Source: Thermodesulfobacteriota bacterium (lineage in GTDB: Bacteria; Desulfobacterota; Desulfobacteria; Desulfobacterales; JAUWMJ01). Taken from it: 64,000 nucleotides of DNA. Of this stretch, positions 47,000 to 57,800 are shown piece by piece. Made by a program: the position numbers and the translations under genes. The first letter of the stretch is position 1; every line of letters begins with the position of its first letter. The stretch is from assembly GCA_034189135.1 (NCBI GenBank), contig JAXHVO010000125.1, forward strand, positions 29,371 to 93,370. The letters run 5' to 3'. Under the pieces are notes generated by a model, which saw nothing but the letters and a program-made list of their open reading frames with translations, was not told where the DNA came from and made no database searches.

Positions 47000-48469
47000 A
47001 TGGAAATAGCAATATGCCCGAATTGCAAAAAAGAAATTCCGGAAGATGCCAAGTTCTGTAACCATTGTTCAAGCCCGATTATCTCGGTAAGCTATAAAAG
47101 TGTCTTTAGCTGGCAATGGTCTGACCGTGTTTTTCTTTTTACCGTTATTCTTATTTTTATTGGTTTTTTTCAACCCTGGTTTCCCGGCAGCATTCTTATG
47201 CAGGAAAAATCCGTATCCGCATTTCACATGTTAATCAATATAAATGATGTAGATATTGATTTTTTAGAAAGTTATAATATTTTGCGCATGGTACTCATCG
47301 TACCCTTCTTTTCCCTGCTGTTTTATATATTGGTATATTTAAAACGCATCTTGCATCATTCAGAGTTTCTACCGCTGTTTCTTTTCATTATCATTTGTTC
47401 TTCAATTATACCCCTCTTATTTCAGCTAACAGGCATTGTTTTCGGAATCATACTTTCACTGATCCTGCTTGCCGCAGTGGCTTTATACTACCTAAACGCT
47501 TCTCGCAAAGGCAGGCTTGGTACGACCTGCCACTTTCTTCTGCTCCTGTTCATGAGTATGTCGGTCTTTATCTATCTGCTCGATCTCGCCCAGCAATTCT
47601 ACTTTAAACTGACTGAACTCAGCATCATCGAAACTTATGGATTCTGGGCGTCATGGCTATTTTCAGGTATATTGATCTTAACCATCGTACTGGCCTTTCT
47701 TAAAACTGTGGAAGACTTTTGGCTGATCCTTATCGGGACAGTTTTTTCAATTGTTGCATATGCTACATTTATCGATCCCTTATTTCTTTCAGGCCCGTTT
47801 GCTTTTTTTGCAGACAATTTTAGGTTGGTCGGCATTCATACAGCCACACATATCAAGATTGTTTCAATTGCCCTGGTTATTGCTATATTTACCGGTGTCC
47901 CCATCGGCATTTACATTACCCGTCATAAAACCGCGGCAGACATCGTGTTATATTTGGCCAGCATTATGATTACCATCCCGAGTATTGCCCTGTTCGGTTT
48001 TATGATGCCGATTTTGTCTACCATTGATCGGGCATGGGACGCGGTCAGCGGTATCGGAATTGGGGTGGTGCCTGCCGTGATCGCCCTGGCGCTTTATTCC
48101 CAGTTGCCCATCATTCGAAATACGTATATTGCTATTAAAAACGTTGATCCTGCCACCATTGAGGCGGGTCGCGGTATGGGCATGACAAATTTTCAGCTCC
48201 TCAAGCAGTTGCAGCTACCCCTTGCCGCTCCGGTTATTATGGCAGGTGTCAGAACTGCGGTAGTCATGAGTATCGCCATTGCGGCAATTGCCGCCTATAT
48301 TGGTGCCGGTGGCCTGGGGTTGTTCGTAAGCGAGGGCCTGCAAATGGCAACCAATGATTCGGTTATTGCAGGTGCGGTTAGCATGGGTTTGCTGGCTATT
48401 TTAGCGGATATCTTTTTAGCAAAGGTGGAAGATTGGATTACTCCGGCAGGTTTGAAAATTAAAAGGTAA
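47000..48469 (+). CDS. Fusion protein: N-terminal zinc-ribbon, polytopic membrane region and C-terminal OpuB/OpuC-type (glycine betaine/choline) ABC permease domain
   Basis: CPNCKKEIPEDAKFCNHC zinc ribbon, then about 270 hydrophobic residues, then a BPD_transp_1 domain homologous to 49658..50422 (PAVIALALYSQLPIIRNTY / PALIALFFHAVAPIVRNTV). Confidence 0.75.
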   Translation: MEIAICPNCKKEIPEDAKFCNHCSSPIISVSYKSVFSWQWSDRVFLFTVILIFIGFFQPWFPGSILMQEKSVSAFHMLININDVDIDFLESYNILRMVLIVPFFSLLFYILVYLKRILHHSEFLPLFLFIIICSSIIPLLFQLTGIVFGIILSLILLAAVALYYLNASRKGRLGTTCHFLLLLFMSMSVFIYLLDLAQQFYFKLTELSIIETYGFWASWLFSGILILTIVLAFLKTVEDFWLILIGTVFSIVAYATFIDPLFLSGPFAFFADNFRLVGIHTATHIKIVSIALVIAIFTGVPIGIYITRHKTAADIVLYLASIMITIPSIALFGFMMPILSTIDRAWDAVSGIGIGVVPAVIALALYSQLPIIRNTYIAIKNVDPATIEAGRGMGMTNFQLLKQLQLPLAAPVIMAGVRTAVVMSIAIAAIAAYIGAGGLGLFVSEGLQMATNDSVIAGAVSMGLLAILADIFLAKVEDWITPAGLKIKR

Positions 48470-48544
48470 TGCTTTGTTAAATACAAAATCCTTATAAAAG
48501 ATGAGGTTATAAATTTACAATATTTTTAGATAGAGGAGTAAATC

Positions 48545-49654
48545 ATGGGCATTATGCTAAGCTTACAGGAAGTAACAAAGATCTACCCGGGCGCTGAACA
48601 TATTAAAGCGGTGGATAGCCTGTCATTTGACCTGGAAGAAGGAGAAATTTGTACATTGGTCGGCCCATCCGGTTGTGGCAAGACCACGGCAATGAAAATG
48701 GTAAACCGGCTGATACCTATCACCAGCGGTAAAATCCTGATTGATGATCAGAATGTCAACCGAATGGATACCATCGAATTGAGGCGCAATATCGGCTATG
48801 TGATCCAAAATATTGGTCTGTTTCCCAACATGACTATTGGGGAAAATATTGCCACCATACCGAAGTTAAAGGGCTGGGATCACGACCGAATTACTGAAAA
48901 AACAGAAAGCCTGTTGGAGCTGATTAACCTTCCTCCGAAAGAATTTATTGATCGCTATCCCAAGGAGCTTTCAGGCGGACAACAACAGCGCATCGGAGTT
49001 GCGCGTGCTATGGCTGCTGATCCACCGATCATGTTAATGGATGAGCCCTTTGGAGCCATTGATCCAATCAACAGAGAACATCTTCAGGATGAATTTCTAA
49101 AAATTCAGGAAAAAGTAAAAAAGACCATTGTGTTTGTCACCCACGATATTGATGAGGCCATTAAGATGGGTGATAAAATATGCCTTTTAAAAGCCGGAAA
49201 ACTTGTTCAGTTTGCTTCTCCTGAAGTGTTGCTCACCGAACCGGCAAATGATTTTGTTCGAGATTTTGTAGGGGGAGACCGCACGTTAAAACGGCTCAAC
49301 CTACTTACAATTAAGGCCGCCATGAGCCCGGCCCCTGCGGTAATCATGAAAGATGATTCACCGGAAAAGGCAAAATCAATGCTTGACGAACTCAAAACTG
49401 ACCACCTGATTGTGGTCGACAATGACAATCGTTTGATCGGTTATGTAAATCAGGAAGCCCTGAGCAAAAAGGCGAACGAGGTGGAAGAGATCACCCGACC
49501 CACCGATGCCTTTTTGCCGGCATCTTCCAGTCTAAAGGATGGTCTTTCCGAGATATTCACCTATGAACTGGGGTATATTATAGTGGTGGATGAAGATAAA
49601 AAGGTTCTCGGTATATTGACCGAAGATGGCATAAAAAATATTTTGAGGAAATAG
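48545..49654 (+). CDS. Glycine betaine/carnitine/choline ABC transporter ATP-binding protein with tandem CBS domains (OpuCA/ProV-like)
   Basis: GPSGCGKTT, LSGGQQQR and LMDEPFGAID motifs with a C-terminal CBS pair. Confidence 0.85.
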   Translation: MGIMLSLQEVTKIYPGAEHIKAVDSLSFDLEEGEICTLVGPSGCGKTTAMKMVNRLIPITSGKILIDDQNVNRMDTIELRRNIGYVIQNIGLFPNMTIGENIATIPKLKGWDHDRITEKTESLLELINLPPKEFIDRYPKELSGGQQQRIGVARAMAADPPIMLMDEPFGAIDPINREHLQDEFLKIQEKVKKTIVFVTHDIDEAIKMGDKICLLKAGKLVQFASPEVLLTEPANDFVRDFVGGDRTLKRLNLLTIKAAMSPAPAVIMKDDSPEKAKSMLDELKTDHLIVVDNDNRLIGYVNQEALSKKANEVEEITRPTDAFLPASSSLKDGLSEIFTYELGYIIVVDEDKKVLGILTEDGIKNILRK

Positions 49655-49657
49655 ATT

Positions 49658-50422
49658 ATGCAAATCAGATTGTTTCTTTCATTTTTAAAAAAATTTGGAC
49701 TTATGGCAGTAACGGCCATTATTGTTCTTTTGCTATACCAATATTACGGTGCCTTAGAATACACCATCAAAAATCTGGCTGAGTTTTTCCGGCTGACCCT
49801 TGAGCATTTTTTCCTGGTTATTGTCAGTATGGCAACCGCGGCATCTATTGGTATCAGTCTTGGAATAATTATGACAAGAAAGGGCTTTGAGCGATTCGGC
49901 TCTGCCATTATGGTAATCGTGAATGTCTGGCAAAGCGTTCCTTCTTTGGGGGTGATTGCGCTGGCATATGGTATTTTGCCTTTGTTGGGACTTTCCGGAA
50001 TCGGTGTGGTTCCTGCCCTGATTGCCCTTTTCTTTCATGCCGTCGCTCCCATTGTAAGAAATACGGTTGCAGGCATCCAGTCCGTAAGCAAGGATGTTAT
50101 TGAGGCGGCAACCGGTATGGGAATGACGCCCAATCAAATTCTGTTTAAAATAGAAATTCCCAACGCATTGCCGGTCATCATGGGGGGAATCAGGACAGCG
50201 ACAGCCATTATTGTGGGCACCGCTCCCCTGGCATTTCTTATTGGGGGGGGAGGTCTTGGGTTTTGGATCTTTACCGGTATCGCTTTAATGGATATGGGTA
50301 TTATGATGGCCGGTGCGGTTCCGGTGGCCCTGATCGCCATGTTGTTTGATGCCCTGCTCGCCAGGCTGGAAAGAATCGTGGTCAGTGAAGGTATTCAGAC
50401 CGGGCAGTATCAGGAAGTCTGA
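49658..50422 (+). CDS. Glycine betaine/choline ABC transporter permease (OpuCB/OpuCD-like)
   Basis: Polytopic BPD_transp_1 protein with EAA-like IEAATGMGMTPNQILFKIEIPNALP. Confidence 0.8.
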   Translation: MQIRLFLSFLKKFGLMAVTAIIVLLLYQYYGALEYTIKNLAEFFRLTLEHFFLVIVSMATAASIGISLGIIMTRKGFERFGSAIMVIVNVWQSVPSLGVIALAYGILPLLGLSGIGVVPALIALFFHAVAPIVRNTVAGIQSVSKDVIEAATGMGMTPNQILFKIEIPNALPVIMGGIRTATAIIVGTAPLAFLIGGGGLGFWIFTGIALMDMGIMMAGAVPVALIAMLFDALLARLERIVVSEGIQTGQYQEV

Positions 50423-50491
50423 TTCGACTGTTTTCTTCGTTTATCGCTGTCTGCTTTTCTATTAATCACCATCAAAAAAGGAGGTATTCTT

Positions 50492-51412
50492 ATGAAAAAG
50501 TATTTGGTTGTTCTGGTGGCACTATGTTTTTTGATTTTGCCTCTAACTGTTTTAGCCGGCGGTCCGGTGAATGTTGCATCTAAAGGTTTTACCGAGCAGG
50601 TTATTCTGGGACAAATTATGGTCAACCTCTTAAAAAACAGAGGAATACCGGTTAAAGACCGCACCTCTCTTGGAGGAACCAAGGTCAACCGTGAAGCCCT
50701 GGAACAGGGACAGATTGATGTTTACATGGAATATACCGGAACCGCATGGATGAATTTTTTTAAAAAGAAGGAAACTGTACGTGATTCCATGGGGCTTTAC
50801 AAAAAAGTCAAAGCGATCGATGCCAAAAAGGGCCTGGTATGGCTGGCACCGGCGAAATTCAACAACACCTATGCAATCGTCATGCAGGCGAAGAAGGCGG
50901 ATCAACTGGGAATTAAAACCTTGTCTGATTGGGCGGCCTGGATAAAAAAGAACCCCGGAAAAATGACGGTGGCAGTAAACACCGAATTCTACTCAAGAGC
51001 GGATGGTTTCAAAGGGATGATGGGATTTTACGGACTTAAATTCGGTAAAGACATCCCTGATGCCGACGTTAAAAAAATGGAAACACCTCTTTGCAAAAAG
51101 GCGGTGCGGGATGGACAGGCGATGTGCGGAATGGCCTTTGCAACCGACGGAGAAATCAAGGCGTATAACCAGATTGTCTTACAGGATGACAAAAGCTATT
51201 TTCCGATTTACAATCCGGCTCCGGTGATTCGGCAGGCCGTATTAAAGCAATATCCTGAGATTAAATTTATCCTGGGAGAAATTGGCGCATCACTGGATAC
51301 GGCAACCATGACCAGGCTTAATTACAGGGTAAATGTCAACGGAGAAAAACCTGCATATGTGGCAAAAAGCTGGCTGCAGGGTGTGGGTTTGATTATTAAG
51401 AAGAAAAAATAA
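50492..51412 (+). CDS. Glycine betaine/choline-type ABC substrate-binding protein (OpuBC/OpuCC-like)
   Basis: Signal peptide and OpuAC-fold pattern (VASKGFTEQVILGQIM...YMEYTGTAW...NTYAIVM). Confidence 0.8.
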   Translation: MKKYLVVLVALCFLILPLTVLAGGPVNVASKGFTEQVILGQIMVNLLKNRGIPVKDRTSLGGTKVNREALEQGQIDVYMEYTGTAWMNFFKKKETVRDSMGLYKKVKAIDAKKGLVWLAPAKFNNTYAIVMQAKKADQLGIKTLSDWAAWIKKNPGKMTVAVNTEFYSRADGFKGMMGFYGLKFGKDIPDADVKKMETPLCKKAVRDGQAMCGMAFATDGEIKAYNQIVLQDDKSYFPIYNPAPVIRQAVLKQYPEIKFILGEIGASLDTATMTRLNYRVNVNGEKPAYVAKSWLQGVGLIIKKKK

Positions 51413-51424
51413 CAACTTAACATT

Positions 51425-51468
51425 AAAAAAGCACGGCATGACACCGCTTATTTTCGCCGTGCTTTTTT
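51425..51468. terminator. Bidirectional rho-independent terminator between convergent genes
   Basis: aaaaaagcacggc ... gccgtgctttttt, with a 7-bp GC-rich stem core flanked by an A-run and a T-run. Confidence 0.7.
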
Positions 51469-52396
51469 AGTACCTGACCAGACCGAAATACCGCCTGAAT
51501 GCACCCATTATTTTTCGGAAAATACTGTCATATCTTTTTGCATATGCCTCCACCGCGTCTGCCGGATTGTCATCATCCGGCACACCTTTTCTTAGCTTGC
51601 ACCTGTGCTTAAACACCCAGATATAAAAATCCGTTTCCGTTCTGTGGGGAAACTGCTTCATTATGCGGTTGTCGCGTATGATTTCCGCCAGCGGGGAATA
51701 AATGCTATCCAACCATGAGGCAGCGGCATCCTGAAAGGTAATATTCTTTTGCCCCTTTTTCTCAAGATAGTATTTGTGGGTCTGTATGTGCTCCATCAAT
51801 ATGGAATAACCGCCGAGCCTTGTCATCTGAAGGTTATAGCCGGAACGGCTTTTATTTATGCCCGTCTCTTTCAGGAAACGATGATAGTTTTCCTGTATGG
51901 CCAGCTTTTCCAGATCGGTCTCCTTATCCAGCGGGACATCGCACTGATATTGGTACACCCTGGCCTCAATATATTTATTGCCTTTGGCCCGAGCCACTGA
52001 AATTCGGTGATGACCGTCTTTAACAAAATAGGCATTGCTTACCTTATAAAGTTCCACCGGTGGGAGATCCTGTCCGGATTCCCTGATCTGGTCAATATTT
52101 TTCCATCGTTCACGCAGATCTTCCTGAAGAGGCAAAAAGCTTCGCGTAAAGGCGTGGTATCGTCCCTCGCTTCCGACAATGCTTTCCAGGGGAACATTTA
52201 TTACGCCAAGATCGTCGGCAAACCATATTTCAAGTTTGTGTTTAACTTCCTCAAAGGGAAGAAGCCTGGGGGATTTTCGTTTTACAAACCCCTTTAAATC
52301 CTCCATAATTGCTTGGTGCATCGCTCGGGTAAAATTATCATCAAATTGATGTTTCCGCGTGGCGCGTCTGGTTGTTTGGTCATCAAATAACGTCAT
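51467..52396 (-). CDS. ParB/Srx-fold (ParB-like nuclease domain) protein of unknown function
   Basis: The LYKVSNAYFVKDGHHRISVARAKG motif is characteristic of the ParB/sulfiredoxin fold. Confidence 0.55.
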   Translation of the reverse strand: MTLFDDQTTRRATRKHQFDDNFTRAMHQAIMEDLKGFVKRKSPRLLPFEEVKHKLEIWFADDLGVINVPLESIVGSEGRYHAFTRSFLPLQEDLRERWKNIDQIRESGQDLPPVELYKVSNAYFVKDGHHRISVARAKGNKYIEARVYQYQCDVPLDKETDLEKLAIQENYHRFLKETGINKSRSGYNLQMTRLGGYSILMEHIQTHKYYLEKKGQKNITFQDAAASWLDSIYSPLAEIIRDNRIMKQFPHRTETDFYIWVFKHRCKLRKGVPDDDNPADAVEAYAKRYDSIFRKIMGAFRRYFGLVRY

Positions 52397-52397
52397 T

Positions 52398-53015
52398 TTA
52401 TATGTCCCAAATCCACCAATTATTTGTATTTAAGACAGTCGTTGATTGATAACGGGTTATATGTTGTCCGTTTCTTGGCATGGTATGACCGTGGACAAAA
52501 TAAGCCGGTTTGTATGTTTCGATAAACTGCAAAAAAGCTTTAAATCCCTGATGGGGAAGGTCGCTTCCGTCATGGATGCCAAAAGGCGGCGAGTGCGTAA
52601 TCAAAATATCGATATAGCGTCCGAAATTTCTTTTATTAAGGAGCAATCGAGTCGCCATACCTTTTACCTTTCTTTTCATCTGCAGTTCGCTGAAAAGATA
52701 TCTTCCCTTTTTATACCGCATCGAACCACCCATTCCCCCTATAAGAAGCCCCTGATATTCAATAATTTTGCAGTGGAGATCGCGACATCCACGGGCAAAA
52801 GGCTTTTTCTGATCAAGCAGGTTTTGCGGCCTTTCATCATGATTTCCCGGTACATAAAAAAGGGGAACATTAAGTCCGTTCAGCAGATATTCAAGATAAT
52901 AAGGAGGAAGGTCTCCGCAGGCAAGAATTAAATCTATGTTCCGGCACTTTTCTCTGAACAAGTGTTCTTTGAAAAAAGATTTTTCGATTTTATCACTCAC
53001 AGTTAGAATTTTCAT
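52398..53015 (-). CDS. Calcineurin-like metallophosphoesterase
   Basis: CGDLPP, VPGNHDE, ITHSPP and VHGHT motifs. The start is set at ATG 53015 (MKILTVSD) because the upstream ORF extension is encoded by repeat DNA. Confidence 0.75.
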   Translation of the reverse strand: MKILTVSDKIEKSFFKEHLFREKCRNIDLILACGDLPPYYLEYLLNGLNVPLFYVPGNHDERPQNLLDQKKPFARGCRDLHCKIIEYQGLLIGGMGGSMRYKKGRYLFSELQMKRKVKGMATRLLLNKRNFGRYIDILITHSPPFGIHDGSDLPHQGFKAFLQFIETYKPAYFVHGHTMPRNGQHITRYQSTTVLNTNNWWIWDI

Positions 53016-53046
53016 GAATTGCCAATTTGAAGACCAAAAGGCCTTT

Positions 53047-53190
<144 letters not shown>

Positions 53191-53466
53191 TTTTTTATTT
53201 TACTTCATGGTTCAGTGTTTAATAGAAAATATTGCATTGAGATTTACGCCAGTTCAGGGCCCCTGAAATTGCTACGACAAAGACTTAACATGGAGCGTAA
53301 ATAATTACAAGTTAGAGATGTTATCCTATTGATTTCATTATAGCAAAATATTTATTTGAATAGTATAGTTTTCGTTTGACATAGACTATATTTCAGTTCA
53401 ATAGATATATAAATATTAAAATCAAACTGCCTCTAATAAGCATGTCAGAGAGGCAAAAACCTGGCT

Positions 53467-54789
53467 ATGAATTTTACCGAATATGCCATTAAATTTATAC
53501 TTGAGATAGATTGGTGTGATCTTCCTGCAGAGGTTCAGCATCAGTCTAAGCGGTGCCTGATGGATACAATGGGGGCACTGTTGGCCGGCACCAAAACACC
53601 GGTAGGCGCAATCATGTCCCGAGTTGCTACCGAACAGTTCAGCGGAAACCAGGCCACCATTTTAGTTGACGGCAAACAGGCTTCTGCTTCAGGCGCTGCC
53701 CTGGCCAACGGATTTTCCTGCAATGCTTTAGATATTGATGACGGCTATCGCATGATCAAGGGGCATCCCGGCGCCTGTATTCTTCCTGTCATACTGGCTG
53801 CCAGTGAAATGGTTTCCAGCTGCTCAGGAAGCCAATTTTTAACCGCACTGATGATTGGTTACGAAATCGGTATTCGGGCCGGTTTGATCCGTCATGCCCT
53901 TTATCAAACCTATCACTCTTCCGGAAGTTGGGGTGCAGTTTCCGGTGCGGCCGCAGCAGGTAAAATTCTCGGATTGAACGCCAAAACCCTGCACCATGCC
54001 ATGGGAACGGCGGAATATCATGCCCCCATTGCACCCATGATGAAAGGTATCGCAAAACCTTCCATGGGAAAAGACAGCATCGGCTGGGGAGCGATGGTGG
54101 CCATCACATCTGTCTTAATGGCCGATAACGGATTCACCGGTATCCAACCCCTGTTTAGCGATACACCCAATCAAGAATGGATTGAGAACCTGGGGCAACG
54201 ATACGAAGTAATGAATCTTTATTTCAAGCCCTATACCGCCTGTCGGTGGGCACAACCGGCCGTTGCCGGAGCTTTGAAAATAAGCCGGAAAAACCCCATC
54301 TTGCCTCAAGACATTTCTCGAATCTGTGTTCGAACCTTCAAAGCAGCAACGGAACTTTCCTGCCGCCGTCCCCAAAATACCGAAGAGGCGCAGTACAATA
54401 TGGCTTTTCCAGTGGCGGCAGCATTAATTGACGGCGAGGTGGGGCCCAGGCAGGTTCAGCCTCCCCGGATTCACAACAGTCAGATTCTGAATTTGGCAGA
54501 CAAAATAGAAACAGAAATATCAGAAGAGTCTGAGCAGATGTTTCCGGAAAAGGCCTGTGCCGAAGTAATCATTTATACCCATAATAATAAACATTTTTCC
54601 TCCGGTCTTATGGAAGCAAAGTGGGAACCGCCGGACTCCCTTCCCACCGATGATGAACTGGAAAAAAAATTTGAATGGCTGGTCGAACCTGTTTTGGGTA
54701 AAGAAAATACCGGGAAACTGGTGTCCATGATATGGGAATTTGAAAAGCTTGAACAGGTGAAAGATTTCATAAGCAGTTGTATTATCTGA
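53467..54789 (+). CDS. MmgE/PrpD family protein
   Basis: 440 aa with a PrpD-like N-terminus (CLMDTMGALLAGTKTP) and central ALDIDDGYRMIKGHPGA and YHSSGSWG motifs. Confidence 0.8.
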   Translation: MNFTEYAIKFILEIDWCDLPAEVQHQSKRCLMDTMGALLAGTKTPVGAIMSRVATEQFSGNQATILVDGKQASASGAALANGFSCNALDIDDGYRMIKGHPGACILPVILAASEMVSSCSGSQFLTALMIGYEIGIRAGLIRHALYQTYHSSGSWGAVSGAAAAGKILGLNAKTLHHAMGTAEYHAPIAPMMKGIAKPSMGKDSIGWGAMVAITSVLMADNGFTGIQPLFSDTPNQEWIENLGQRYEVMNLYFKPYTACRWAQPAVAGALKISRKNPILPQDISRICVRTFKAATELSCRRPQNTEEAQYNMAFPVAAALIDGEVGPRQVQPPRIHNSQILNLADKIETEISEESEQMFPEKACAEVIIYTHNNKHFSSGLMEAKWEPPDSLPTDDELEKKFEWLVEPVLGKENTGKLVSMIWEFEKLEQVKDFISSCII

Positions 54790-54813
54790 CAGGCTCTAAC
54801 AAGGAGGTGTCGA

Positions 54814-57800
54814 ATGTGCGGGATTGTGGGATATTTTGGAGGAGCGGGAAACAATCTGACCCGACTGCTGACAGGCATGTCGGCCATTATTTACCGGGCG
54901 CCTGACAGTACCGGTCTGGCCATATTCGGTGACGAAACCGAACCGATTAGAACAAGAAAATCGGTGGGTTCCGTTGAAAAACTGGTCGAGGAATTATTAG
55001 CCAATGAAGTATACCAAAACTATGAAAATGAGCTTATATCTGTCTGGTCTGACGGAACGGACGATATAAAAATGCTTGAGCACCAAAGGCGTTTGATCGC
55101 TTTTGAAGGCTTACCCTCTGACCTGTTTGAAACTGCGGTTAAAGCCGAATTCTCCTATCCCACCTATGACGATCTGGTCGATTTGAATACAGACCGACCC
55201 TTCAGATTAACACCGGGGCAGCCCGGCCGACCATACTTTAACCCCTCCCATTTTATCCGCTCAAGGAAAGATCTTAAAAAATTTGTCATCCGCCTCATCA
55301 AAGAATACGATCTTTCACCGGTTGTGATACGGGAAATTATCAGAAAACCTCTCATGAATATGATCGAATCCCAAAAAGCAGATGGTCGAATTCATACAAA
55401 ACCCGCAGATATCATCGCCACCTTTGACAGGGTATTTGAATCGATCCTTTCTCAAAAAGAGACCATTACTCCCGGTCCGACCGGTTTGAAACGTTTTTTA
55501 GAAAACCCACTTGCGCTGAAGTCATTGTGGCGCTGTCTGCCTGAAACAGCTATTGAAATCTCCCAGGATTACAACAGGGATGCGGTCTGTTGCATGTTCC
55601 GCCTCCTGGATTCAACCCTCCTTACCAAGATGGCATACCGAACTGATGTGATTGAATCACTTGAAAAAATACTGGATTATTCCTGGCCTCGCTATGATCG
55701 GCCCAATATGGTGGACTGGAAAAGCCTTTACAGAGCTGAAAAGGGAGTAAACGTTTACGGGTGGGCGGCGGCCTCAGCTTTGACATACATGCAGAAGGAA
55801 GATTTTCTGGCTGAAATGTTATCCGGGCTTTCCGGCAGTGATATCATGACGGAAACCTCGACTGTGCCCGGACAAACCGATCCTGTCAGCCTAAGATATT
55901 TTACGCAACCGGTCATATCCCACGGACGATGGGCCGTTCAGTCCGCAGTTAACATGAAAAACGCCCATCCGTTTCTTGATGAAAAGCGATACCGAAGTGT
56001 GGTCATAAACGGCCAGTTTGACGGAAAAACCGAAGACAGTCTCAGAAAATTTATTTCCAAGGTTGGAAAACTTTCCTTCAGAAGTGAAAATTCTGCCGAG
56101 TATTTCCCCCTTCTCTGGGGCTATTATTTTAAGCAACTGTCCGAGGCGAAACAAAGATACAGTGCCGTGTTAACACAGGTGGAAAATGACCTTCAAGAGT
56201 ACGGTATCGGAAGCGATACCATAGATTATTCGATTCACAGTTCCGTTATGAATAAAAACACTGCGGCGCTGGATGAAGCAGCGTTTATCGAAGCCGCCAA
56301 ACAGATCGCAAAAAACGAGGGGCAGGTGGCCGCATGTGGGATGAGTATTTTATCCCCTAGAAGGCTTTATGTGGCCGCTCACAATCGGCCCGTTTTTGTT
56401 GTCCGCAGACTGGAAAACGATGATTTTATGGTTGTTTCAGACATCAATGCCGCCTTGGGACTTTTTCCCCAGCAGTTGATATTTGACCAACGCAATGAAC
56501 TCAATAGAATGAAACATGACTATAATATAAAGGCTGCCCTGTTAACAGGTAGCGACACCGGCTGGAAAAATTTAAAGGCGCTTAAGGAGTCGTTTAAAAA
56601 AGATAAAGCACATATTTTAGAGGCATTTTCAGTGGAAGTTTTTACCCTTGACGGAGAAGAGATATTTGCCCGGATAGAAACACAAATTGCCGATGGAAAC
56701 GTCTGCCGAGGCATTGAGATTACCGATTTTGCTGGTACCCCTTTACCGGAAATAGAACCTTTCAAAACTTTTTTAAATCCCGTTCAGGTTAAAAAAGATC
56801 TGGATAAGTCTTTTTATGAAACCCATCTCCGCGAAATACCGGATCGGCTAAGCGAAATTTTAAAAACCTACGCACCCCGGGAAGACAGAGCTCCGGATTT
56901 CGAAATAAAAAAATCCATTCTGCGCCGAAGATTCGGCTCTGATTTAAAGAACCTCAAACGGATTGTGCTGGCAGGAACCGGAAGCGCCTTTTATATGTGC
57001 GAAATTGCAAAAAACTTTATCCATTCATTAATGCCCGAACTGGATGTGCTTGCAGTGAGACCCGGTGAAATCGAAAATCCAGAAAACCTATTTGTTCCGG
57101 AAAAAGATCTGGTTATCCTGTTAAGCTGGTCTTCGACCACCGCGGACATGGTTTTTTTGGCTAAAAAATTGTTGTCCCTCAAGGTGGTTATGATTTGTAT
57201 TACGGAGAAGACTTATGCCGACATGGCCATTGTGGTGGCAAAAAGCGGTGGTGTTATCCCCTGCCTGAGTGAAGAAGAAGTGACCGTTTCCGGTGTGAAA
57301 AGCACCGTCTGCATGCTCTTTTGCCTGAAGCTTTTCTGCCTGTGGGTGGCATCGTATATCGGAAGAAAAGAGGAAGCCCTTTCGTATTTAAAAAAAATGT
57401 ACAGAGTGCCGCATATCATTTCCAATCTTCTTCAAGACGAAGATGTAAAAGCGTTTTCAAAAGATCTGGCCGATGAAAAGACAAAAAGCAGCGCCAGTAT
57501 AGTCATCAGTGCCATTAACACCAACGGAGTTGGGAGAGAGGCCGCCCTGAAACTTGAAGAAAGCACCTGGTCGGCAGTAGGAAAGGCGCTTGACTACCAG
57601 GAGGTGCTCAACACAGGTTTTCCGGACACTAAGGAAAATATTCTTGTCATGGTCGATGCCACCTGTATGAAACGACTTGATGAGGCCATAGAGGTTATGG
57701 AACTGCTTTACCATAAAAAAATAAAATTTACAGCGGTGTGCCTGGCTTGGAAAGCAGAGGAACAAATCAGGCGGCTGAGCGATGGGAAGTGCATCTTTCT

